Source: Chrysomallon squamiferum
Taxonomy: Eukaryota > Animalia > Mollusca
DNA length: 64,000 nucleotides
Reading direction: 5' to 3'
Assembly (NCBI GenBank): GCA_012295275.1
Contig: CM022665.1
Span: 9,858,001-9,922,000, forward strand
This document shows positions 1-14,694 of the stretch, in pieces. The position numbers and the translations under genes were made by a program. Position 1 is the stretch's first letter, and the number at the start of each line of letters is the position of its first letter. Below the pieces are notes generated by a model, which had not been told where the DNA came from, ran no database searches, and saw only the letters and a program-made list of their open reading frames with translations.

Positions 1-246
1 GGTTGATTATTCACAGTTCACTGAATCATGTTAAATAATTTAAGTCAACCTATGTGTGAGATTTTTAAAATTTTTAATTCTATTTTTTACATTTTATTTC
101 TTCTCATTAAACATTTCTCAAAAAGTGTAGTGATTCTGGTTTTTAATTTAGATTAACACATCATAATTTAAGATTGTTTTATATAATGTGTGTATATATG
201 TATATATATATATATATATATTTACATACATATATGTATGTATATA

Positions 247-284
<38 letters not shown>

Positions 285-732
285 AAAAAGCTTGTTTGTT
301 ATATAATATATTTTATCTTTTCTGATAAACCATTTCTCTGAATCAGATGTATCCATTTAGGTTTGCATGTGTGTGAGACTGGTTTATTTATTTTATTTTA
401 TTATAATTAATAATTTCTGTCCATGGCTGGCTGAATCTGGTTTGTTAATTTACGTTTACATGTGTTTAAGATTGTTCTGTTAAGAAGATCACAGATGTTA
501 TTGTTGTGGAGATTTGCTTCTCTGTTTTGTTAATCAATAATTATCAGATCATCTTTTTTTTCTCTTTCTAAGGCTGCCTTTGTTTGATTTCTTTTGCATT
601 TTGTTATGTAAAAATAGGTTCTATTTTAATCCTTTTTTCATAATCCACGTATTGTTTTGTCTTCTTCTGATGATCGATGTTCATATTAAAAACACAAGAA
701 AACTATTTTAATAAGTTTTATATAAAGGATTT

Positions 733-1090
733 AAAGTAATGGCAACAGTGACCTAAAGAGAATGGCTGTTCTGACCTACATAGAATAATTGTTACAATGA
801 TCTATATTGAAATACTGTTTGAAGTGACCCATATTAAAGTAATGGTTATATTGACCTGTATAGAAGAACGGTTCTAATGATCTATATATAAGTCATGGAT
901 GTAGTGACCTATACAGAAGCATTGTCAATACTGACCTAAATCGAAGTAATGGTTGCAGTGACCAATATAAAATTAATGATTGGAGTGACCTGTATAGAAG
1001 TAATAGCTGCAATAACCTACAGAATGGCAGTAATAACCTATATAGAAGTAATAATGGTAGTGACCTATATTATTCTGTAATGACCTACAC
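733..1090. repeat. Degenerate minisatellite, ~27-bp unit
   Basis: Consensus about GTGACCTATATAGAAGTAATGGTTGCA; roughly 13 diverged copies. Confidence 0.85.
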
Positions 1091-1834
1091 AATCATGCAC
1101 TGGGAAAAAAAATGAAAATGGTCAATAAAATGCCAATGTCCACTTGTTTTCATAAAAATTAACATTAATATTGTTCATCATCTTTAGTAAAACACATACT
1201 AAATAGGCATTTTCCCAGTAATAAATATTTTACAGTTTAGTATAGAGTAGTATTCATCTGTTTATTGACAGTAAGTCACAACACACACAGATTGGTATGG
1301 GGACCCCGGTGCTTGTGGGGTGCCTGGGCCCCTGCCTCAACACAGTCACCAAGCATGAGTGCTGTTTAATATACATAAAAATTCATTCAGTGTTTATAAA
1401 TACCTTCTATTTAGAACAGCTAACAAACACACTACCTAATAATAAATATTTCACCAGGAAAAAGGAAAAGGAATCTCATAATAATGGCTCTCATTCTGCT
1501 ATGTGATTTCCCATTAACATTATAATGGACAGTATTAACCACGGTAAACCACATGGCCTAAAATGAAGAGATCTGTATTAAGCACATTTTTTGTGTATCT
1601 TTGGAACACTGTTGAAAGTATATATAAATAAATTGTGTAAATATTATAATACATCGTTCAAAGTGTTTATTTTTAAATGTGAAGATAATTTATTTGTGTA
1701 GTAGTATGCTGGGAATAATAATAATAATAATATATTCAAATAAATACATAAAAATAAATGACTAAATGAAAGTATGTATGAATGAATAAATGAATAAATG
1801 AATGAATGAATGGATTTATAAATAAATGAATACA

Positions 1835-2100
1835 TGCTGTTCAACAACACCTCAGCACATCTTTATATCAACACCAGTTAGATGTTATTAATTAGCTTTT
1901 GTAATGATAGTAACAGAGAAAAATCCTTTACAACCACATAATGGACCATTGTAAGTGATTAGCAGCAAGTAATTCTTTTTCTATATCCTCTCATAAACAG
2001 GAAAATGTATTTAAGTCAAGAGCTGTGCCAGTTATGAGGGTCTGGCTTAATTGGGTAGTTGGCCAGTCAGTGTTATGTCAAGGATTGATCTTATGATTAT
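1835..2100 (-). mobile_element. Degenerate SINE-like dispersed repeat
   Basis: Shares motifs (GATTAGCAGCAAG..TCTTTT.TAT..ACAGGAAA) with copies near 23645 and 39745, and in the opposite orientation near 60080 and 62660. Confidence 0.5.
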
Positions 2101-4754
2101 CTATTTTCTCAGTGAATACTACATCTACTTGCCAGTATATATAAATATATATATAAAATAATATTAAAATGAATAAAAACCTGAAAATTAATTTTATTTA
2201 ATATAATTATATAACGCTTAACAAAAAACCCCAAAACATTTATTTTATATTTGTGCATGTGACTAAATAAATAATATAGTGCAGCATCTGACAAATAAAT
2301 AAATAAATAGATGACTAGATGGATGGGCAGAGAGTCAGATAGAGAGACAGACAGACTGATAGAAATACACACAGACAAATAGATGGACCAGTGGACAGAC
2401 AGAGAGATAGAAAGACATAAAACAAACAAGGTTTTTTCATGTATTCAGAGAAAAATACTAAGTAATTAAAAACAAAATAAAAATAACTGTCCAATCTAAT
2501 AAAGCATAATAATACTACCATCACCAAAGATAACAATAAAATAAATATTTTAGCCAGTTTTTAGTTTGGTATTTTGTCAGATAGTCAAGTGAGGCATGTG
2601 TGATGAATTGCTCATCTAAACCCCTTTAATAAATCATGGGATTCTGGCAGAAAGAGATCCCACAAAATATTGAATCATTTTAATAAATCTGTCAATTTTG
2701 TCTGAAACAGAAATCAAAAGGTATTTTTCTAAAGGTCAGAAAGGACGTGAATAATATTCTGTAATAAATATGGTTTTATTTCTGTGTCAGAGAAAGTTTT
2801 GTCATTATTATTGTTAATTTATTATTACTATTAATATTATTGTAGTTGTTATTATTATTATTACTATTATATTATTATTATTATTACAGTTAGAGCTGGC
2901 TGATTAGTAAGTTTTATACATTAAATATAACTTTTCACTGAATCAATTCTTTGCTTTTGATTGACATATCCCATTCTAACCAATGCTCCACAGTTATGGT
3001 ATTAGCTGTTCTGTCTGTATAATGCATCACAAAAACCATTTGCTGTTGATCAGTAAGAATACAGAGTTTGTTTAATAACATATTTTATCTTTTCTTATTA
3101 ATAATTTCTGTTCATGGTAGAATTATCTATATTTTTTACATCATCAAATGTTATGTAAAAATATATGCTTGACATATGATACATAAATATTAAATTTGTT
3201 TGCTGTTGTTTCATTCATTCTGTCAAACAGATATACTGGTTGATGAGAGAAAAAAAAAAAGGTTAAATGTAACTTCATATTTAAAAAAGCAGAGAAATTA
3301 TTCAAATCTACCAGAAATTTATTTGTTGTTTACAGAAAACATCAAAAAGTGAAAAAAAAAAAATGTTTTGTTTTGAAATGGAAAAAAAATTTTTTTATTC
3401 AAATCTACCAAATACATTAAATGTAGACAGAAAAAAAAAAAAATTGTTAAATATAACATCATGCCTTCAAACTTAAGTTAAACAAATGACCCATATCTAC
3501 CAAACGGATATATTAATTGTTGACAAAACATTCACAAGTGTTAAATACAACTTAACACCTTTAAACACAGAACAGAAAAAACAATCGATAAAAATAATGT
3601 ACACAGAGAATGTTTTTCTCGTCTTCCATTGTTTAAATAACAAAAGCTTAACATTTATGAAATGAACTGATTATTTATTTATGACACAGAGATACAGCTG
3701 ACTGGTAAAACTATCACTTTTGGCTGTGTGGGTTCCAGATTGTTTGTGAGGAAGGTTAAGCTTTTCCCAATCCAACTATAATAGTGTGTGAAAACTCCAG
3801 TAACATATCAGGTTTTATTTATAAGCATTGTATGATCAACCCATATTTTAAAAACACTGGTTTCTAATCACATGTGGTGTAATAAATTATGCATTTGTGG
3901 CAGGTGTTTGATTTTCTATGCTGTCGATGATGAATAGTTAATTGACAAATGGTGCTCTGTATGCATATACACCTACATTCATACATACACATACAAATAT
4001 ATATATTTCCCATTCAAGAGCAAATATGAAAATGCCAGTAGCCAATTATGTACAATAAAAAACAGTATCTTTAAGCAATGTTTTAAAACTGTAGATTAAA
4101 TTAATGAAATACATTTTCTGCACGACTGATTTGTTTGTTGAGTAGGTGTCACAAGAACTACATGTTTAACAAAATGGGGGATGACAACTGTCATGGATTA
4201 TATATTTTTACAGGTGTCTGATTTTGTATACTGTTTGCTAGTGAATAGCTACCTACCTGATAAATGGCATTTTCCTATTCCAGCTATGAGAAAATGTATT
4301 CAAACTCCAGTGAAAATTTAGGTGTAATAAGCAATGAATGTTTAACGAAGGGTTTAAAAATGGTGGATTACAAATCCTGGGAGGTATATTTCTAGCAGGT
4401 GTCTAATTTTCTACACTGTTGGACAATGAACTAATAATGGGTGTTAATGTAGTGTTTTAGAGGTGTCAAGGTACTGAAAATCATGAGAACTCTCGACCTA
4501 ATCATGCAACCAAACTGAACTGCTGGTTAATTAGCAACTGATTTATGATTAGACCAGAAACTCTCATACACTGTATGTATGTGCATTTAATAGATTATAA
4601 CAACAAATGTAATACGTAAATATACATATATACATATACATACATACACATTCATACATACATTCATGAAGACATTAATAAACACACACACACACACACA
4701 CATACATACATACACTTCTGTCTGTCTGTCTGTATATGTATAAAGTTTGTAATG

Positions 4755-4860
4755 TCAGGAAAGCACATACCACAGTGTTTGATAACCACTCTTAGAACAA
4801 TGGCTGAAATGGGGATATACTATTAGCTTCACCAAGAAGTATTAATTCTGAGACCCAAGT
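4755..4860 (-). mobile_element. Degenerate SINE-like repeat fragment
   Basis: CAGGAAAGCACATACCACAGTGTTTGATAACCA; similar to the copies near 15730 and 23690. Confidence 0.5.
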
Positions 4861-7140
4861 TTCCTACAACCAATTTTTTTAACATTTAACTTAATACCAT
4901 TCTTTACTCTTAATGTAAAACATAAGAATTCATGATTTCTAATAGTTTATGCATTTATATTCAGTGACCAAAGAAAAGATGTTTTAAAAAAGTATAAAAT
5001 ATTAATTATAATCTGATTATTTCTCTGTCCACAGCCAGTCTTGTTAGACTGGATCTGTATTAATTTCCCACCTCATAAAAACCTGGCTCAGTGTCAATAA
5101 CAATTTTCAGCAGATGAGATAAATTAATACCATTAGCTGTGCAATTGTAGAAATCACGAGTCAACTGCAGTGATATTGCATACTGAAATTATTGTACACG
5201 TTGTATACATTGATCCAGAGTTAATTAATATAGATAACAATTGCTATATCAACAATTAATGTTTTTTGGTTGTTGTTTTTTTTTTTTATACAATGAAGTT
5301 CACTTAGTATGATTCAATATTACCAGACAATTAAATCATGGCTGCTAAAGTCTTCTTTCTTTATTTCTTTTCTTTTTTTTTTTCCTATTTATTTTATTTT
5401 TATAATACTGTTTTAGTGTTGAGTATTCAGTGAAATCAGGCAGATAAAACTAATGTGTGATCTATGTAAAAGGGAAAAAAACTAACATCCAATTTAGCCC
5501 ACACACTGCTGAATCAATAGAACTGAATTAATGGTTTTCCGTGAAGCTACTTATTACAGACTACATTTAGACACCTTTCTTGATGATGAATATCAGGGAA
5601 GGTTGTCTCATGTCTGGACTCTTTCTGTTCACAGTGACTAAACTTGCAATCACTCATTTCAGGGCATCTGTCTGTATGTGCAAGAAGCAGTTTTCTATTC
5701 GTTAATGCACAGAAACACATGTATTAACTGAAAGATTCAGTGATGCTTATGGGAGTGAGCTGTGGGCTGAGTTGTTAAAACACAGATTTTAGACATGTTA
5801 GGCCACTGGATGAGTCTTTCTCAGCATCACCACTGGGACATTTCACATGCAGCAAGAGCCAAATGTCTGATTTATCAAAGGTCTTGATATGCTTCCTCCT
5901 GTCTATGGGAAGGTGCCTATAAGAATATGCCTTGCTGCTAATAATAAAAAATAGCCTGGTTTTTGGATGTTGTTGGGTTTTTTTCACAGTAGATTTTCCA
6001 TCTCCTTATCTGTATGGTTTGTAATTATGTGTATGGCATTATATAAAGATATAGTAAAATAGGCTGAGTCAGTTTTTAAAATATTTCTTGCTTCTTTCTG
6101 TGTTAATAGCTATTTCTCTATATCATCTAAAAGGCATTTTTGCAATAGTAAATTTCCAGTGTTTGCTTTTGTCCAGCTCTCCTCTATAACACATTCATGA
6201 TTTGCTACAGAAAAACAGTGATAGTAAAAGCAGTGCAAGTTGTATAGTAATGGTAGTAGATGTAATAGTGGGCATAGCATTATACAGAATAGAATTGTAC
6301 AGAATAGTTTAAGTTGTTGTTAACAGATGTGGTAAAATTAGTTGTAGTTGTCACTGTACCAACACCAGTAGGAATAATAACAACACACACACACACAAAC
6401 ACAACATCCATATATACATACATGCATACAAACATACATTCATATATACATACATATATACACATATAGATACATATATAAATATGTATTTATATACATA
6501 CTACTAATAATAATAAATCTGTATTTAAACCAAACATCCATAAACAAAACCATATATTAGTGATACACACTTGAAACTAGGCATCAAACATATTACTAGA
6601 CAATCAGCTTTAAATAACATTAAATAATGTTTAAACAATTGTTTGTACTTTCATTGTCTGTACTTACATGTGTCTGCACTTACAAAAGTCTGTACTGAGA
6701 GTTGCATGATTCTTTTTTTACTCAAATGAAATCTTTGTTTTAAACTTTTGTTCTTAACCACTGACCAGCTGACAATTCTAATACATCATCTTGTCAGGCA
6801 GCAGTTACCTTCCCTAATCAAACTCTTCAGCAGAGAAAAACAAACATGGCAATAATTAACCTTTAACTGGAAGCTTTTAAAAGAACCAAAAGTATGTAAG
6901 TGGATTCAGAGAGAAGCTGTACTTGTTACACGCCCTCTCACATTTTGCTGACCAGTACTTTTTTCTTTTGTGATACAAAATATATTTCAGTTTGAAATGT
7001 ATATCCACCATAACTATGTGCACCTCTTTTCTGAAATCTGAATGTGTCCTTTAATAACATATTGCAAACATTTGTATTTGACTGTTAATTAGAATATTAA
7101 AATATTCTGAATTTTTTAAAAGAAAAAAACATGATATATA

Positions 7141-7158
7141 TATTATTATTATTATTAC

Positions 7159-7240
<82 letters not shown>
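7141..7240. repeat. (ATT)n microsatellite
   Basis: Directly visible. Confidence 0.97.
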
Positions 7241-7449
7241 GTTGTTGTTTCTGCTTTCATAAATCAGAAAGGATTTTCCATAAAATTAATTTAAGTGTTG
7301 ACTTCATTTATTTCAAAATAATAAAAAAAATAATTTAAACTACAGAAATATAAATCAATGAATAAATAAATTTAAGATATAAAGAATGAATATACCCAAA
7401 ACATTTTTAAAATTAATACAGTTTATATAAAAAATAAGTGAATCAATTA

Positions 7450-7500
<51 letters not shown>

Positions 7501-8699
7501 AAAAAAGAAGTAATCCTTCTACACTTTTAACAAAAATCATTAAATAATTAATAAAAATGGAAGCACCATATCTAATTACTGATGTTATTTAGAATTGATC
7601 CTTTATGTTTTCATTTGGTATTCTATTTCAAGCATCCATAAATTGACATTTTTATAATTCTGAATGAATATTGAATAATATTTCAACACATTTTAACATT
7701 AAATATGAAGTACAAGAGAGGAGTTTTTTTCAATAATGATAACACCAGACATAAAACTTGCTATTTTGACGATTTCCCAATTTAGCCAGTGCTCCATAAA
7801 ACATTTATTAAATAAAAGCTATATACATGCATTTCTTCAGGAATATGTATACATAATCTTACTGACTATGGAAGTTAGAATGGCAAAACAATCCCAAATT
7901 TAAAAATAAATAATACAGATATTTTTTTTAACTCTTATTATTGTTGTCATGGAGATGCAACCATTATTTTGAAATTAATATTAAAGCATGCCTTTCATTT
8001 ATACAAGAAACATAATTCACTGATAATAATTAATAGTATTAAAATTTGTTGTTAAATATTCATTCATTATGAGACTATTTTCCTTCATGTCCAGGAAATC
8101 AAGCTTTAATATTATTTTTAAAATAATGACTTCATATTCAAAATAATAATAATAATAATAAAAGAAAAAAATTCAGTATCATCTGTTTTCAGATTTGAGA
8201 CCTAAGTTCAGTTCTTGTATATATAAAAACAGCTATTCAAGTATGTCTAAAATTAGATTACATAGCTCTTTAGTTATTCAACACATATATTTGGTCATTG
8301 TGTGTGTCTGTCAGTCTGTGTTTTGTAGTTAACTTTAGTACATACATGTTTGGGTACACAACTGTAACATAATTATAAATAAATATATATCTACGTAATG
8401 TTATATTTTATTTATTTACTTAGGTATGATTGTTGTTTTATTAATTTTACTATCACTTCATTCACCTGCATCTTTCTGTATGATTAATAATAATAATTAT
8501 CATCATAATAATAAATAACAGTATAAAAATGTGTGTGGTTTAAAGAAACAGTAATAATAAGCATGATTAAATAGTCACTGCTGCAATCATGATAAAAATG
8601 AGTGAACTTAAACAAATTTGATGCATATCAAATGTGTCTGTATTTATACATGAAGAGAAAGAGAGATATAGATTTATAGTACAGTTAACCAATTCTTAC

Positions 8700-8795
8700 C
8701 TTAATAATACAGTCTTTGAAGTAGAGGACATTTAGTATCGTAAACACAACATGGCATATTCCAAGCAGTGTTTGCTTGTTTTCAATCGCAGTCAT
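8700..8795 (-). CDS. Candidate first coding exon of a minus-strand gene continuing left of the window (MTAIENKQTLLGICHVVFTILNVLYFKDCIIK)
   Basis: ATG at 8795-8793; 32 open codons including a hydrophobic stretch; strong donor AAG|GTAAGA (phase 0) at 8699; sits at the edge of a CpG-retaining island. No downstream exon identified. Confidence 0.45.
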
Positions 8796-9380
8796 GAAAA
8801 AACACTCATCCTAAAGCCTGTCATGATCAAACTTGAATCCAATACTGATTTTTTTATTCTTTTCTTCTACAACCGTTAGGTCACTCAACACAATACAATA
8901 GCCAATGATCCATGAAAATCAACACCCTGGCGTGCTCAGGAAGCATGCTATCTGAATGTCAAAAGCAAAGCAAAAAAAAATTTAAAAAATAAGAAGGAAA
9001 AAACCCAACCTTAAATGTCAAGTCAGTCTTTGCTGAGAGCGTCTGTGCAGCATTGGGAATTTAGTACACAATTACCACAAATCCACAGCTTGAGAAAATA
9101 TTTTCCATTGCTGAAAATGGTCGAGGACAAAAGAGAATAAGGAAAAAAACCAAAAAAAAAAACAACAACATTAAAAAAAATCCAAAACGGCTAAATATCT
9201 GTGGATGGCAGAAACGAAGGTAGAGTCGGCTGGGTTTTTTTTTGTTTGTCCTCGATGTGGATGGAGCCAGTGTACAAATACGCTTGTGTCCCGTACAGCC
9301 TGAGACTTTTAATGCTTGAAACAGCATGCACAGGTGTGTGTTGATGCTGAAGCATACTCTGTGTGATTGCCGGGAGTATT
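8740..9380. promoter_or_regulatory. CpG-retaining island inside the CpG-depleted domain (candidate promoter/5'UTR)
   Basis: About a dozen CpGs in ~650 bp by eye, versus very few per kb in the flanks. Confidence 0.5.
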
Positions 9381-9529
9381 GTTAATAAGTGTGTCTGTAT
9401 TGATCCATATTTTTGTATTGGTTGAAGAGAGATGCAGTCATTTAATTATCACAATGGACTTAGACAATGCACATAACAAACACACATACAGGATCAAATC
9501 ATGCTGTAATGACCATGATTGTTAATATT

Positions 9530-10265
9530 TATATATAGTGTGTGTGTGTGTTATAATCTAGTATTAGGTGGTGTGTGTACATAATGTGATACATTCTAGT
9601 ATTATATATAGTGTATATATAAAATTATATAATCTAGTGTTATATATAGTGTGTATATAAAATTATATAATCTAGTATTATTTATAGTGTATATATAACA
9701 TTATATAATCTAGTTTTATATATAATATAGAGCATATAAATGATAAAATCTTGTATTTTTAAATATTGTGTATAACATGATATAATCTAGTATATATATA
9801 GTGTGTATATATAAATGATATAATCTAGTATTATTTATAGTGTGTAACATGATGTAATCTAATATTATATATAGTGTGTATGTAACATGACATAATCTAG
9901 TTTTATATTTAGTGTGTATGTAACAAGATATAATCTAATAATATATATAGTGTATTAATAAAATTATATAATCTAGTATTATATATAGTGTATATAACAT
10001 TACATAATCTAGTAGTATGTGGTGTATGTATGTAACATGAGATAATCTAGTATTATAAATAGTGTGTATATATAAATGATAAAAAGCTAATTTTGTTTAT
10101 GTAGTGTATGATACTTAGTGCACTTAATGATATAATCTAGTTTTATACATAGTGTGATACTTAGTGCATATAATATGACATAATCTAGTTTTTATAGTGT
10201 ATATAATGATATAATTTAATTTTGATATAGCATTTAGTGTATTTAACATGATATAATATAGTTTT
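9530..10265. repeat. AT-rich minisatellite, ~33-37-bp unit
   Basis: Recurrent ATGATATAATCTAGTATTATATATAGTGTGTATATAAC; roughly 20 copies. Confidence 0.9.
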
Positions 10266-10761
10266 ATCAAATGAATTCTATATTTTTAAAAGCTTTCTAT
10301 AAATTCCCACTTTAAAGTTTAGGTACATATCATGTAAATTACATCTAGACGTTTTAACAAAATGCTCCATTTATAAAATACTTATAATGTGGTATGAAAT
10401 AAACACAAATAAAACTGTGAATATTGATTAGACTGATCCTGCAAGTCAAACTAATAAAATACAGAATTTAGTTTTGATTACAAATTTTTCATTTATTTAT
10501 AACCCTTCTTGCTGAACAGAAATAACTGTTTTTCTGAAAAGAAATTTCTGATTTTCAAATTTAATTGTTCTGTGCTATATTATACTGTTTGATTCTGTTA
10601 TATAAATAAATAAATAAATAAATATATAAACGCATGAATGAATGAATGAATGAATGAGTAGATAAATAAATAAATATATAAATAAAATTGATATATATTG
10701 ATATGCATTAAGAACTATTAATTATGCAGTAGCAAAACTGAAATATTATCTGTAATAATAC

Positions 10762-10816
10762 ATTTAATTATATACAGGACAGTTAATAATAAACAAATAA
10801 ATAAATAAACAGAAAG

Positions 10817-10858
<42 letters not shown>

Positions 10859-11039
10859 GTTACAATATCAATAATAATAAAAGCATCAGTAACAAAATAA
10901 TAACAGTAACAATATACTACTGCTAGTCATATTACTATTATTACTACTATTACTTTTACTAACACTACACTAACAATAATAATAATTTAATTATATACAG
11001 GACAGTTAATAATAAACAAATAAATAAATAAACAGAAAG

Positions 11040-11081
<42 letters not shown>

Positions 11082-11235
11082 GTTATAATATCAATAATAA
11101 TAAAAGCAACAGTAACAAAATAATAACAGTAACAATATACTATTACTGTTACTTCAACCACAAATACTACTACTAGTCATATTACTATTATTACTACTAT
11201 TACTTTTACTAACACTACACTAACAATAATAATAA
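10762..11235. repeat. Near-identical tandem duplication (~223-bp offset)
   Basis: ATTTAATTATATACAGGACAGTTAATAAT...ACTAACACTACACTAACAATAAT starts at 10762 and again at 10985; the second copy carries an extra ~27 bp. Confidence 0.9.
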
Positions 11236-14200
11236 GAAGAATAATAAAAGAAGATAGCAAATTACAGTAATTTACTTAAATCAATTTACTATAAAAATAT
11301 AATATAGCATTTATAGTGGACAGATAAAATGGCATATACTTAAATATTTATTTTATTTTATTTTAAAAAGAAGGTTTTAACCAGCTAGAGAATAAAAATA
11401 AATAAATTTGCTTTATTTTCATTTGAAAGAAGAAATATTGATTTGATACCTTTCATGAATTATAAGCTATCCAAATCCTATTAAACTTGAGAAATTATAA
11501 TCAGTTGAACTTACCTGATAAAACATGAACAACATTGTTTTCAAGTGTTGAATCTATTTTTTTAATTTTATTTTATACATTGCACATCAAAAACACCTGC
11601 TAAAATTAATAATACATGTATAATAATTATGGAAATGAGTTTTTGAAACTAGCTCTATACAAAGGTTGTTTAACATAATGCTATTGAAAACTGAATAGAA
11701 TTTTTAAAGCTAAACTGCAATGCATAGTTATTTTTTTAAATGTATATAAAACTATATAATATTCAGTTTTGGAAATGAGTTTCAAACAAAAACAGGCAAT
11801 AAAATTATGATCAATAAATAAACAAACAAATAAATAAATAAATAAATGTGCTTACTGATTACAATTGCCAATAATAATTCCAGTATTACTAACACTGCTA
11901 GTATCATTACTACTGTTATGACTACAACAGCTACTGCCACTACTACTACCAACACTTCCACCACAACCATAATATTACTAGAAACTTATAAATTCAAACT
12001 ATTACATAAACATAATGATGAAACAGTTACAACAATCTAAAACTGACCCTATCTAAAAAAAAAAAAAAAAAAATTAATGTAACTGGTAACTTAAAATCAC
12101 AGAGCAATATGATTGAAATTTGATCATTTTTAATCTCATCTTCAGTCAGTGCACAAGTAAAGATTTTGCCAATTACCACATGACCATATTGAATATTCTG
12201 CAGCAGCACTTTATTAGTTACTTAAACCTGTTAACATGTGAACCATTCAGAGCTTAAGTGGAGACACTTGAGTTATTTGAAAGAAAATAAAAAAAATCCA
12301 TTTGTATGATAATTGTTTGCCACATTATCATTATGGGTACTCTTCAAACATTTTTGCTGATCTCTGATTACAGAAACTCAAAAATAATTATTGGAAGTGT
12401 TTTTCTAAGTATATATCTTGGTGAACACTGACATAAAATAGTTGATTTTATATTTGAAGGAGCACTAATCTAGATATGAGTACTAGCACAATAGGTTTAC
12501 ACACACACACACAAACACACACAGATGTTACCCACACCTACTGTGCAGAAGATTACTAAATATCAAAAAGAAAAATCAAGCTTTCTTTAGAAATGTATAA
12601 TCTAAACTTATAAGTAACAGAAACAAAATCAATGTTAACACCTCAATCAGCTATTGCATTATGTATTACCCCATGATATCCTTGTTGATTATTTTTTTTC
12701 TTTCAATTAACCTTTGCTACAGTAATTGGTTGGAAGCCAGATGTCAAAGCTCTGTAACATAAAACTGTTATGTAACAGCAAACATGAAGGTGTTGATACC
12801 AATGACGTTATTGAAAATGTCAAAGAATTGATTTAAGCAACAGGTGTAGTGTAGTGTAGTGGTGTAATCGTAATAATACATTACTGCTTGTGTAAACAAA
12901 GTGTAGTTTGGTGTGATAATAATAATAACAAAATATCAAAGTGTGGCGATAAACAAAACAAAAAAAAATCTTCACTGAAAACAAAGTAATAGAGTATTTA
13001 CAGTAGATATGATGTAATCTGAGTGAATGTTAATATAAGTTTTGTTTATATAATTGACAAGAAAGAACAAATATGCAAATTGAGACAGACATTGATTGAT
13101 AGATATAGATAGATAGATAGATATAGATAGATAAATGTAGATTTATTAGATACAGATATATAAAGTAAACTGACAGACATACAGATAGATAGGTATAGAT
13201 ATATACAGATAAACAGATGTATAGATAAATAATCAATCAAACAGACAGACACACTGACTAACAAATAGACTAACAAATAAATAATCTGACAGACATATAA
13301 ATAAATAAATAGATATATAGATAGAAGACTGAACAGCAGGTAAGACAGGCAGATAGAGAGAAAAATTGTAATACAGAGCACTTTGGCCACTGAACTTTAA
13401 GACATATCAGTTGTGAAAATAAAAAAATAAAATCTGATAAGCATTCTCTTCCAACACAGACACATTTATTACAACAAAAGCCATTAATACTCTGTTTATA
13501 CTTACTTAAACTATAAACACTTCAGTGTTTTCAAGAGAATAAAATATTTTAATCATTAGTCGTAATATCAAATAACAAAAAGTAAAATCACTGCAATACA
13601 TTTATACTTTAATTCCATACAGAAAATAAAAACCATTAGCTAGATTAGGTTGGAATCTGAATAAATGTTATTTAGATAATGGTTTAGAATATAGCTACTC
13701 ACCAAAAGCTGTAAAGACCAGTGTTATTAATGAAGTATTTACAAATACTTGGAGTTTTTAAAATCAGTCACAATTAAAACCGGCTTGGTGCTGTTCATAT
13801 TATCTCAGGCTAATTGGTTATGAAAAAAAAAGAAGAGAATTTATGAATAGAGGCACATCCAATGATTATAATGGCACCCAGGACAATCAAATCAATGCTG
13901 GATCATTTTGCTCACTGCTAAATGTTAACATATGATGCTATGGCTTTTTTTCCCCCCTAGAACATAAAGACACTGACAATTAATGGCCAAAAAAAAAAAA
14001 AAAAAAAAAAAAAAATCAATCTTCAACCCGTCATGCATGATTACTGATTTAACAAGCAATAAAACAATTAGATTCCATCTATGGATAATTTAGCCATAGA
14101 CATCTGTTGCAAGTTTTTTTATCTCCATTTTTTTTTTTCTCATTTCTAAAATTAATTGATCACCTCTGGGCATTATTAATGAATGCTGATTTGGAAACCC

Positions 14201-14648
14201 ACTTGGCCTCAATATTATATAGCCAAATCGTAAAGATTTTTAGCAGCTCCCTGTCACTGAATGTAGTGTTTGTTCAACTGAAAATAATGAAAACTGCTGC
14301 TGGTGATGGTAAGATAATTATAGACTGACAAACAGAATATATTTTATTGCAATATTTATTAACTGTTGATATGAAAGGTTAATATGAAAAAGAAAGCCTT
14401 GGTGATGTGGTGTCTCTAAAAACTTCAGGATAGGCAGATAATAACATTTGGAGCTTTTTGTTTTTTATTATTTTATTTCTTGGATTAGATGGTGTTCTTC
14501 ATTTACTGAAATAATTCTATTATTTTATACAGCTAAACAAATTTATTATGATCAATATTATTATTATTACTATTACTGTTACTACTACTACTATTAACTT
14601 GCTGTTTCTGTTATAATGCTATTATTGTTATTATAATTGTTGTTGCTG

Positions 14649-14694
<46 letters not shown>

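Noticed and set aside
1296-1350. GC-rich patch at the start of ORF 1297..1506
   Set aside because: Short isolated patch, probably a MITE remnant; the ORF runs into AT-rich sequence with no coding features.
5560-5990. GC-richer block with several 40-70 codon open frames
   Set aside because: No recognisable motif, splice framework or repeat termini.
733-10265. Regularly spaced repeats (733-1090, 9530-10265) as possible CRISPR arrays
   Set aside because: Head-to-tail degenerate units with no unique spacers, no cas genes and a eukaryotic context; they are minisatellites.
11515-11596. Possible 82-nt minus-strand exon with a CAG|GTAAGT donor
   Set aside because: AT-rich content with no coding signal or partner exon; cannot be told apart from chance splice motifs.
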